Source: Candidatus Binatia bacterium
Lineage (GTDB): Bacteria; Desulfobacterota; Binatia; UBA9968; JAJDTQ01
Length of the DNA: 64,000 nucleotides
Assembly: GCA_963666515.2 (NCBI GenBank)
Contig: OY762897.2
Location: 3,840,001-3,904,000, forward strand
Direction of reading: 5' to 3'
The notes below the pieces were generated by a model. That model saw only the letters and a list, made by a program, of their open reading frames with translations. It was not told where the DNA came from and ran no database searches. How positions within the stretch are numbered: the stretch's first letter is position 1; every line of letters begins with the position of its first letter. Made by a program: the position numbers and the translations under genes. This document shows positions 59,401 through 64,000 of this stretch, piece by piece.

Positions 59401-62400
59401 GCTTTACGCGCTGGAGGCGGGCCTGACGGCGTTGTGGGCGAGCGTGGGGGTGAGGCCGTCGGCGGTGCTGGGGCACAGCGTGGGGGAGATCGCCGCGGCG
59501 CATGCGGCCGGGGTGTTCTCGCTGGAGGAGGGGCTGCGTTTCGCGGCGCGGCGCGGCGAGCTGATGGGATCGTTGCCGGCGGAGGGACCGGAGGCGGGCG
59601 CCATGGCCGCGGTGTTCGCGCCCGCGGCGCGGGTGGAGACGCTGGCGGCGGCGGTGAACGGGGCCGCGGGGGGCGAGGGCCTGTGCTTGGCGGCGTACAA
59701 CGGCGGGCACCAGGTGGTGAGCGGGCCGGCGGCGGCGGTGGCCGCGGCGTTGGAGCGGTGCGCGGACGCTGGCATCCGCGCCGAGCGGCTGCGGGTGAGC
59801 CACGGGTTCCACAGCGGGCTGATGGAGCCGGTCCTGGAGGAGCTGGAGGGATCGCTGGAGGGGGTCGAGGCCGCGGCGCCCAGGGCGGCGCTGGTGAGCA
59901 ACGTGACCGGCGCGGTGTGGCCCGCGGGCGAGGTGATGGACGGGGTCTACTGGCGGCGGCAGGCGCGGGAGCCGGTGGCGTTCGGCTCCGGGGTGGCGGC
60001 GCTGGCGGGTCTGGGACTGGACGTGCTGGTGGAGTTGGGGCCCGGGCCGGTGCTGGGCAGGATGGCGGCGCTGGCGTGGCCGGCCGCGGAGGACGGGGAC
60101 GGCGTGTCTTCGGGTTCGGGTTCCACGGGACCGGCGGTGCTGTCGAGCCTTGCGGGCAGGACCGCGGGGGCGGGATCGGGGTCGCGGGACGGGGGGTTCC
60201 TGGAGGCGGCCGCGGCAGCGTATGCCGCGGGCGCGGGATTGAGCTTCGAGGGGCTGTTCGTGGGCGAGCAGCGCCGGCGGGTGTCGTTGCCGGGGTATCC
60301 GTTCCAGCGGCAGCGGTACTGGATCGACGCGCCGAGGCGCCGCCGCGCCGTGGACGCGGCCCACCCGTGGCTGGGAGAGCGGCGGGAGTCGGCCCGCGGC
60401 GAGACCACGTTCGAGACCGAGCTGTATCCGTCGGAGCCGGAGTGGCTGTCGGACCACCGGATCTTCGGCCGGGTGGTGGTTCCCGGGGCGATGCACGGGA
60501 CGCTGGCGTTGAGCGCGGCTTCGCTGGTCGCCGGGCGGCGGACCGCGGGCGGCGCGGACGGGAAGGTCGGCCTGTCGGACATGCGCTTCCATACGCCGTT
60601 GCTGTTGCCGGAGGAGGCAGGCGACCGCGGCGAGCCCGGGCGGACGGTGCAGGTGGTGCTGGGGGCGGCCGACGGCTCGCCGGAGCGGCCGGTGGAGGTC
60701 TACAGCAAGGGGAGCGATGAGGCGGACTGGACGCTGCACGCGGAGGCGCGCGCGGGCGTGGCCGCGGCGTCCGGCCCGCGCGCGGACCTGGAGGCCTTGA
60801 GGGATCGGTTGTCGGAGCGGGACGTGGGCAAGGCGTACCGCGGGTTCGAGGCCGCGGGATTGAATCTGGGGACTTCGTTCCGCGCGGTGCGGCGGCTGTG
60901 GGCGGGGGCCGGGGAGGCGCTGGGGGAGGTGTCGGTGCCGGAGGCCGTCAAGGACCGGGAGGCGGGCCTGCATCCGGTGCTGCTGGACGGCTGCTTCCAG
61001 ATGCTGGTGATGGTGCTGGCGCAGCGGGAAGAGCAGGACGAGGGCGACGTCGCGACGTATCTGCCCTTCGGCTGGGAGCGGCTGTGGGTGAGCGGGGCGT
61101 TGCCGGCGGGGGTGACGTGCCACGCGCGGCTGCGGCAGGAGTCCGGCGCGGACGCCGGCGCCCGCAACGGGCTGGGAGAGGTCCTCACCGTGGACTTGGG
61201 GCTGTACGGCGAGGACGGCGCGGCGCTGGGCGCGGTGACGGGACTGGCGCTGAAACGGGCGACGCGGGCGGCGTTCCTGTCGGGCGCGGTCCGGTCGGAG
61301 GAGCTGCTGTACACGCCGGTGTGGCGGGAGACGGGTCTCGGCGGAGCCTTGGCGCAGGGCGAGGCCGACGGCGTAGGGCAGGACGAGGCCGACGGCGTAG
61401 CGCGGGGCGTGGCCGTGGCGCCGGGACCGGCGGAGGTGGAGGAGGCTCCGGGGTTGTGGGTGGTGGCGTCGGACCGGGGCGGCGAGGGCCTGGATCTGGC
61501 CGCGCGGCTGGCGGAGCGGAGTCAGCGCGTGGTGGTGGCGGTGGACGAGCACGCGGCCGGGGCGGAGACGGGGGGAGTGCCCGGGGTGGAGCTGTCGCGG
61601 GTGGACACGTCGAGCCGGGAGGCGTGGCGCGGGCTCCTGGAAGGACTGCCCGGGGAGCCGCGCTTGCGCGGGGTGGTGCATCTGGCGGCCTTGTCCGGGC
61701 ACGGCTGCGGCGCGGAAGCCGCGGAGTTGGCCGAAGACCTGCGGCGAAGCGCCGGCAGCGCGCTGTCGCTGTCGCAGGGACTCCTGGACGCCGGCAAGGA
61801 GCTGGAGAATGGGCTGTGGTTGCTGACGCGGGGGGCGCAGGTGGTGGAGCGGGAGCACGGCGGCGAGTTGTCGGGCGCGGCGTTGTGGGGATTGGGCAGG
61901 ACGCTGGCGACGGAGGTGGAGATGCTGCGGCCGCGCATGGTGGACCTGGACCCGGACGAGGGGCCGGATCTGGACGGATTGGTGGAGGAACTGCTGCGCC
62001 CGGACGGTGAGCGGGAGGTGGCGTATCGCGGCGGCCGGCGCCTGGCGCTTCGCCTGGTGCGTTCCGGGCGCGGTTTGCCGGAAGGGACGGAGTGGCGGCT
62101 GGCCGCGGGCGCGGACGGGCTGCTGGAGAGCGTGGGCACGGAGCGGGCGCCGGCGCGGGCGCTGGAGGCCGGGGAGTTGCGGGTGGCGGTGGAGGCCGCG
62201 GGCCTGAACTTCAGGGACGTGGTGCTGGCCCTGGGGTTGATCGAGGGGGGGCCTTTGGGGGCCGAGTTCTGCGGCCGTGTGACGGAGCTGGGACCGGGGG
62301 TGATCGGTTTCTCGGAGGGGGACCGCGTGGTGGGGCTCTTGCTGGGGGCATTGGCGCCGGAGGTGACGGCCCGCGCCGGGTTGGTGGCGCGCGCGCCCGC

Positions 62401-64000
62401 GGGGCTCTCGCCGGAGGCTTTGGCGGCGACTCCGGTAGTGTTCGCGACCGCGTCGCTGGCGTTCGGGATGGCGCGGCTTAAGGCGGGGGACCGGGTGCTG
62501 GTGCACGCGGGCGCCGGGGGCATGGGCCTGGCGGCGATCCAGTTGGCGCAGAGTGTGGGCGCGGAAGTGTACGCCACCGCCAGCGCGGGCAAGCGGGGAT
62601 ACCTGAGATCGCTGGGAGTGTCGCACGTGTTCGACAGCCGGAGCACGGGGTTCGGGGAGGAGATCCTGTCGGAGACGGGTGGAGCCGGGGTGGACGTGGT
62701 GCTGAACAGCCTGACGGGAGAGGGTTTCATCGAGGCGAGCCTGTCGTGCTTGGGCGAGGGGGGGCGGTTCGTGGAGATCGGCAAGCTGGGCATCTGGAGC
62801 GCGGAGGAGATGAGGGCGGCGCGGCCGGACGTGGAGTACCACGTGCTGGCGCTGGACGAGCTGCTGGAGGAGGACCCCGGGCAGGTGGGCCGGGTATTCC
62901 ACGAGTTGATGGGGCGGATGGAAGCGGGGGCGTTGCGGCCGTTGCCGTGCGCGGTGTGGGGGATGGATGAGGCGGCGCCGGCGCTGGAGTGGCTGCGATC
63001 GGGTCGCAGCGTCGGGAAGCTGGCGTTGCGGGTGCCGGGGCTGCTGTCGGCGGGGAGATTGCGTGAGGACGGGACGTACCTGGTGACGGGCGGCCTGGGC
63101 GGAGTGGGTCTGGAGGTGGCGGGATGGCTGGCGGACGGTGGGGCGCGGAGCTTGGTGTTGAACGGGCGGCGGGAGCCGGACCCGGAGGCGCTGGTTTCGG
63201 TCGAAGCGTTGCGGGAACGCGGGGTGGACGTGCGGGTGGAGTTGGCGGACGTGACGGACGGGGAGGCGGTGGCGGCGATGCTGGCGCGGATGGGCGCGGC
63301 GCTGCCGCGGCTGGCGGGAATCGTGCACTGCGTGGGGGTGTTCTCGGACGCGTCGCTGGCGAACCAGGACTGGGAGCGGTTCGAGCGAGTGCTGTGGCCG
63401 AAGGCGCTGGGAGCGTGGCATCTGCACCGGGCGACCGAGTCGCGGGAGCTGGATCTGTTCGTGCTGTTCTCGAGCGTGGCCGGGGTATTGGGCAACCCGG
63501 GCCAGGCCAATTACGCCGCGGCCAACGCGTTTCTGGACCAGTTGGCGCGGCACCGCCGGCGGTCGGGGCTGGCAGCGCAGTCCATCGCCTGGGGGGCGTG
63601 GTCCGGCGTGGGCGAGGCCGAGGAGCAGCGCGCGCGGATCGGCGGGCGGTTGGCGGCCGCGGGCATGGGCTGGATGACGCCGCGCCGGGCGCTCGGGGCC
63701 CTGGAGAGCGTGGTGCGGCGGGGAACGGCGACCAGCGTGGCCGCGCTGGTGGACTGGGAGACCCATGTGGCCGCGGCGAAGCAGGCGCCGGCGCTGCTGG
63801 AGGAGCTGGCCGCGCCCGCGGCCGGCGCCGCCGCGGGTTCGGGGGAGGGGTGGTTGGAGCGGCTGCGGGAGGCGCCGGCATCGAGGCGGGCGGGGTTGCT
63901 GCTGGAGTTCGTGCAGCGGGAGCTGCAGGCGGTGTTGGGGCTCTCGTCGCCGCCCGCGCCCGGGGTGGGGTTCTTCGACCTCGGCATGGACTCGCTGATG
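47213..64000 (+). CDS. Modular type I (cis-AT) polyketide synthase, more than 5500 aa, runs off the window
   Basis: ATG 47213 with GGGAG RBS; motifs I checked at 47996, 51062, 52460, 53171, 57956 and 63971 share one frame; ORF track lists no closed ORF in that frame. Confidence 0.93.
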   Translation, partial: MSADRTDPRTLEAWLRSRIAEAAGLPSGEVGLDRELAELGIDSLRAAQVAAEIEERLGARFDASEIYDHPTIRRLAAYLSGGPDRASEERNRAPAAEPIAIVGMSCRFPGGGGLPGFWRLLESGGDGVSPGRGGDLEERLGRVWADVGTMGPGGYIGGVDLFDAEFFRIAPVEARLMDPQQRLLLETTWEALEWAGIDPEGLRGSRTGVYTGISSHDYWDLLLACGGEDSESLYMATGASMSTAAGRIAFALGLAGPALAVDTASSSSLVAVHQAVTALQWGETDLALAGGVNVMLSPALTAAFRSGGVLSPDGRCKTFDVSANGIVRGEGCGMLVLKRLRDAEASGDRIWAVIRGSAVNQDGASAGLAAPNRSAQERVIEGALARAGLAPSEVDYLEAHGTGTELGDPIEIRAAATAYGAGRDPGRPLLMGSVKTNIGHLEAAAGAAGLIKVVLSMAHGVVPKHLHLRTPTPRVEWELLPVRVAPDGEAWPVREGRPRRAGISSFGYAGTNAHMVVEGYGRASEAAGFLLAAGPAVEVSWPEEVARLRPEGGEARAASRGRRLLPLSGRTEDGLRALAGRYLEWLDESTQSTSDPAGGSPGPGGTDWLGDVAWTAAVGRSHRGLRARVTFGGVEELREKLAALAGGVDAASAASGSAGGARVGFLFTGQGSQWPGMGRDLYESEPVFRAVLDRCEAEVRGLRGESLLEVMFEPGRGDDLADTRWTQPALYALEAGLLELWRSVGVRPSAVLGHSVGEIAAAYAAGAFTLEAGARFAAVRGGLMGSVSEAGAMAAVFGPADWVSGLVAELNRDGAAPELSVAAYNGGHQVVSGAADAVVAALERCRSEGVRAERLRVSHAFHSGLMEPVLDELEQAAEDLQASPPRVPLASNVTGRMAAPGEALDGAYWRRHAREPVAFAAGVRALAESGVDVLVEVGPRPVLGPMALLAWPGEEAGEAAGSSGESPGTRPGRPLVLPSLRPPEQGGGGGFAEAAAGAYEAGLSLSFEGLFVGEARRRVTLPGYPFQRRRYWVDAAHEVRRGVDRHPVGGRADDLPYTQVWREAENCGPQPAAFLLSPEAAAAAAGGIEEHLGAEGLSLPEAAALAGDLERVSRGYALATLDALGWRRERGEEVETEALRRRLEVVPDHSAAFGRLLRLAAAAGVLAPAAGGPDGSMWRAVSGSEEGLADGALADPDGLAAALAERRPAMAVELALLSRCAGSLAEVLRGRSSLVGLLFGEARPNAAELYREAPAMRAVSRLAGAVAGAAVSELPAGRRLRVLELGAGTGGTTDWVLAALPEGRYEYAFTDVSAGFFPAAQERFGNGDPLEYRELDVERDPVEQGFPAHGYDLVVAANVLHATRDLRETLAHCRRLLAPDGLLVALEGMEPQGWLDVAFSPLEGWWRFREGADGYREDYPLMGAGEWRRALGDAGFGEMTVAGLAEEGAWQGVVVARGPAELEEPEGLWVVAPDEGGEGLELARRLAERNQRVVVALDESAGEAGDPTAAGVASARLDTSSRDGWCGLLAGLSGAPLRGVVHLAALSGHGGSADAAGPAADVERLVGSALALAQGLADAGAEPSAGLFLVTRGGQVVERETGGQLSGAALWGLGQTLAQEAGPSRLRMVDLDPAADAGIGGLVDELLHPDGETRVAHRGGGRRVLRLVGAEAGPGLPEDGESRLGAGAGGGPARLAAGVGDGAAEPPAGLLERLRQARASDREELLLGFVRRELQAVLGLPSLPAAGVGFFDLGMDSLMAVKFQTGLNRGLAGVYSAPSTVAFDYASCELLARHLAEQLGVLDAPAEPAHRAPAPGGDEEVAVVGMACRFPGGGDLAAFWRLLESGGDAVTEGRDRLPGSSAVTPWSAALAEGSNRWGGFIEGLDLFDAEFFRIAPVEARLLDPQQRLLLETSWQALESAATDAARLKGSRTGVYAGISSHDYWDMLSAAGGEDALAMYAATGASGSTAIGRVAFVLGLEGPVLAVDTACSSSLVAVHQAVLGLQRGDADLALAGGVHVMLSPAVTESFRRGGMLSPDGRCKTFDASANGYVRGEGCGVVVLKRLRDAEADGDRIWAVIRGSAVNHDGASAGLTVPSGPAQERVIGTALAQAGLSPAEVDYLEAHGTGTELGDPIEVNAAAAAYGAGREPERPLLLGSAKTNVGHLEAAAGVAGLIKVVLSMAHGVIPKSLHFREPNPHVDWAGLPVRVVSEQEEWPVREGAPARAGVSSFGFSGTNAHVVVEGYGDASEQGKGLTGSGRAVPVGSPDGLVEEGPEGGDECEARERRLLALSGRTEGAVRELAGRYVEWLEEQGPWTDEGVEDGDLSGRERLADMAWTAGVGRSHHGHRAGVTFAGAEELRGKLAELAEGRSAPGVSAGSRAARESEEAPKVGFLFTGQGSQWAGMGRGLYEREPVFRGVLDRCEAAVRELRGESLLEVMFGEEGAEGSLDDTRWTQPGLYALEAGLCELWASMGVRPSAVLGHSVGEIAAAYAAGVWTLEEGVRFAARRGELMRNLPVSGPRAGAMAAVFTTAGGVEELVAAVNGTKGGEDWLSVGAYNGAHQVVSGAAGAVEALLEQCEGSGIRAARLRVSHGFHSVLMEPVLEELEGLLEGVGVSAPGVDLVSNLTGRVMGAGELMDGAYWRRHAREPVAFGAGVAALSEMGVEVLVELGPGPVLGAMAALAWPVGEVNGAAAPSGSGAGGPVVVPSLRGKGEDGVGGTSDGGFVEAVAGAYAAGLEVGFAGLFVGEERRRVSLPGYPFQRQRYWADATAPEFPSVARRAEELLYTPVWREAASAGEPRQGVAEAEAAPGLWVVALDHEGEGMELAGELAARNQRVVAVADEGVEVDEASGADVVRLATSSRKGWRGLLEGLSQEGLRGVVHLGALSGHGCGAAAAEMAEDVERGTGSALALAQGLLDAGVEPAAGLWLVTRGAQVVAEERAGELAGAALWGLGKTLVLEAGQVKPRLVDLDPEEESGFEALVEELLRPDRETEVAYRGGRRVLRLVRGVVRPALPEQADGRPAPEADGPLESVAPSPGGLREDGTYLVTGGLGGIGLELAGWLADRGARSLVLNGRREPGEPAKAVVEGLRGRGVDVRVELADVTDEAAVAAMLERVEGEMPRLAGVFHSVGVLSDASVLNQDWSRFERVLWPKVLGAWRLHRATAERELDLFVLFTSLMGVLGNPGQANYAAANAFLDQLARHRRASGLAGQSIAWGAWSGTGEAEEQRDQIAKRLAAAGMGWMTAQQGLEALDRVLRAGAATSVAASVDWRLYGERVKEAPPLLEELVAAAAGGGPEPGRDLMDRLREAREPEREGMLLEFVQRELQGVLQTPALPDAEVGFFDLGMDSLTAAELRNRLNRGLAGVAVLPGTVVFDHGSPAALARHLAEELGFLDAPAAPARRALLPRGDDRIAVVGMACRFPGGGGLEGFWRLLESGGDVVTESRVSPVGGPAAGLYGDVPDDGSWGGFIEGVDLFDADFFRIAPVEAYVLDPQQRLLLETSWEALESAGIDAGRLKGSRTGVYAGITSQDYRELVAASGVDSASLYVESGNGGSTAIGRIAFTLGLEGPAMAVDTACSSSLVALHQAASALQRGEADLALAGGVNVLLSAAMTESLRNGGMLSPEGRCKTFDASADGYVRGEGCGVVVLKRLRDAEADGDRIWGVIVGSAVNHDGASAGLTVPNGSAQERVIAEALARAGLEPRDVDYLEAHGSGTELGDPIEVRAAAAAYGAGRDAGRPLLLGTVKTNIGHLEAAAGVAGLIKAVLSMAHGVIPGSLHYREPNPHVDWARLPVRVVSEAEDWPSGAGRPARTGVSSFGFSGTNAHVVVEAYGADAEAGDADSAAGRSPAAPRDGAASGPAVAVEWPEGVAELRPAAATGAVPAARERRLLPLSGHTAEALRALAGRYADWLEERGPSPAGDGDPGAVAGEWLADVAWTAGVGRSHHRRRAGVTFGDAGELREKLAELASGSGEEAAVWPRTGPEPKVGFLFTGQGSQWVGMGRELYDREPVFRAVLDRCDTVVAALRGESLLGVMFGDAGSAGSLDDTRWTQPALYALEAGLTALWASVGVRPSAVLGHSVGEIAAAHAAGVFSLEEGLRFAARRGELMGSLPAEGPEAGAMAAVFAPAARVETLAAAVNGAAGGEGLCLAAYNGGHQVVSGPAAAVAAALERCADAGIRAERLRVSHGFHSGLMEPVLEELEGSLEGVEAAAPRAALVSNVTGAVWPAGEVMDGVYWRRQAREPVAFGSGVAALAGLGLDVLVELGPGPVLGRMAALAWPAAEDGDGVSSGSGSTGPAVLSSLAGRTAGAGSGSRDGGFLEAAAAAYAAGAGLSFEGLFVGEQRRRVSLPGYPFQRQRYWIDAPRRRRAVDAAHPWLGERRESARGETTFETELYPSEPEWLSDHRIFGRVVVPGAMHGTLALSAASLVAGRRTAGGADGKVGLSDMRFHTPLLLPEEAGDRGEPGRTVQVVLGAADGSPERPVEVYSKGSDEADWTLHAEARAGVAAASGPRADLEALRDRLSERDVGKAYRGFEAAGLNLGTSFRAVRRLWAGAGEALGEVSVPEAVKDREAGLHPVLLDGCFQMLVMVLAQREEQDEGDVATYLPFGWERLWVSGALPAGVTCHARLRQESGADAGARNGLGEVLTVDLGLYGEDGAALGAVTGLALKRATRAAFLSGAVRSEELLYTPVWRETGLGGALAQGEADGVGQDEADGVARGVAVAPGPAEVEEAPGLWVVASDRGGEGLDLAARLAERSQRVVVAVDEHAAGAETGGVPGVELSRVDTSSREAWRGLLEGLPGEPRLRGVVHLAALSGHGCGAEAAELAEDLRRSAGSALSLSQGLLDAGKELENGLWLLTRGAQVVEREHGGELSGAALWGLGRTLATEVEMLRPRMVDLDPDEGPDLDGLVEELLRPDGEREVAYRGGRRLALRLVRSGRGLPEGTEWRLAAGADGLLESVGTERAPARALEAGELRVAVEAAGLNFRDVVLALGLIEGGPLGAEFCGRVTELGPGVIGFSEGDRVVGLLLGALAPEVTARAGLVARAPAGLSPEALAATPVVFATASLAFGMARLKAGDRVLVHAGAGGMGLAAIQLAQSVGAEVYATASAGKRGYLRSLGVSHVFDSRSTGFGEEILSETGGAGVDVVLNSLTGEGFIEASLSCLGEGGRFVEIGKLGIWSAEEMRAARPDVEYHVLALDELLEEDPGQVGRVFHELMGRMEAGALRPLPCAVWGMDEAAPALEWLRSGRSVGKLALRVPGLLSAGRLREDGTYLVTGGLGGVGLEVAGWLADGGARSLVLNGRREPDPEALVSVEALRERGVDVRVELADVTDGEAVAAMLARMGAALPRLAGIVHCVGVFSDASLANQDWERFERVLWPKALGAWHLHRATESRELDLFVLFSSVAGVLGNPGQANYAAANAFLDQLARHRRRSGLAAQSIAWGAWSGVGEAEEQRARIGGRLAAAGMGWMTPRRALGALESVVRRGTATSVAALVDWETHVAAAKQAPALLEELAAPAAGAAAGSGEGWLERLREAPASRRAGLLLEFVQRELQAVLGLSSPPAPGVGFFDLGMDSLM
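47501..52615 (+). other. PKS module 1: KS(Cys->Ser)-AT-cMT-structural KR half only-ACP
   Basis: DTASSSSL (47996), [15 protein letters not shown]; GHSVG/HAFH; LELGAGTGG and ANVLHAT; no TGGLGGxG before FFDLGMDSL (52460). Boundaries approximate. Confidence 0.85.
52667..57410 (+). other. PKS module 2: KS-AT-KR-ACP
   Basis: DTACSSSL (53171), [44 protein letters not shown]. Boundaries approximate. Confidence 0.88.
57460..64000 (+). other. PKS module 3: KS-AT-DH-ER-KR-ACP (ACP truncated by window edge)
   Basis: DTACSSSL (57956), [25 protein letters not shown] and HPVLLDG, ER LNFRDV and [35 protein letters not shown]. Confidence 0.88.

Noticed and set aside
61352-61410. 24-bp tandem repeat (gaggccgacggcgtag core) in PKS module 3
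   Set aside because: Two to three in-frame copies in a flexible linker; ordinary slippage.
47261-63766. Two huge minus-strand ORFs (2804 aa and 2665 aa)
   Set aside because: Antisense shadows of the PKS: Arg/Pro/His-rich, no motifs, expected from biased high-GC codon use.

Overview
High-GC bacterial window with no rRNA, tRNA, CRISPR array, integrase or transposase that I can recognise. The backbone is a dense set of catabolic and housekeeping genes (SDR, alpha/beta hydrolases, Uup, a molybdopterin oxidoreductase large subunit, AcuI, hydantoinase A/B, amidohydrolases, amidase, ADH, PanE-like, multicopper oxidase, AKR, MFS and RND transporters) separated by at least three families of REP-like palindromes. 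Four accessory modules sit in it. (1) A tightly coupled five-gene dedicated Hsp70 operon (12589-18473): large TPR-like protein with a QMSLF clamp-binding-type motif, J-domain with HPP instead of HPD, GrpE, Hsp70, Zn-ribbon/TPR protein. (2) A defence-like cluster (20872-27083): MazEF-type TA, SWIM-SNF2 helicase with an extra C-terminal region, SRAP, and an ABC-type ATPase + PIN pair, both broken by single-base homopolymer frameshifts. (3) A second ABC-type ATPase + putative nuclease pair (43363-45002). (4) A FAAL followed by a giant modular type I PKS (47213 to beyond 64000) that is absent from the ORF track because it has no stop in the window; it reads ACP-[KS(Cys->Ser)-AT-cMT-ACP]-[KS-AT-KR-ACP]-[KS-AT-DH-ER-KR-ACP]. 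All family calls are by motif recognition; no searches were run.
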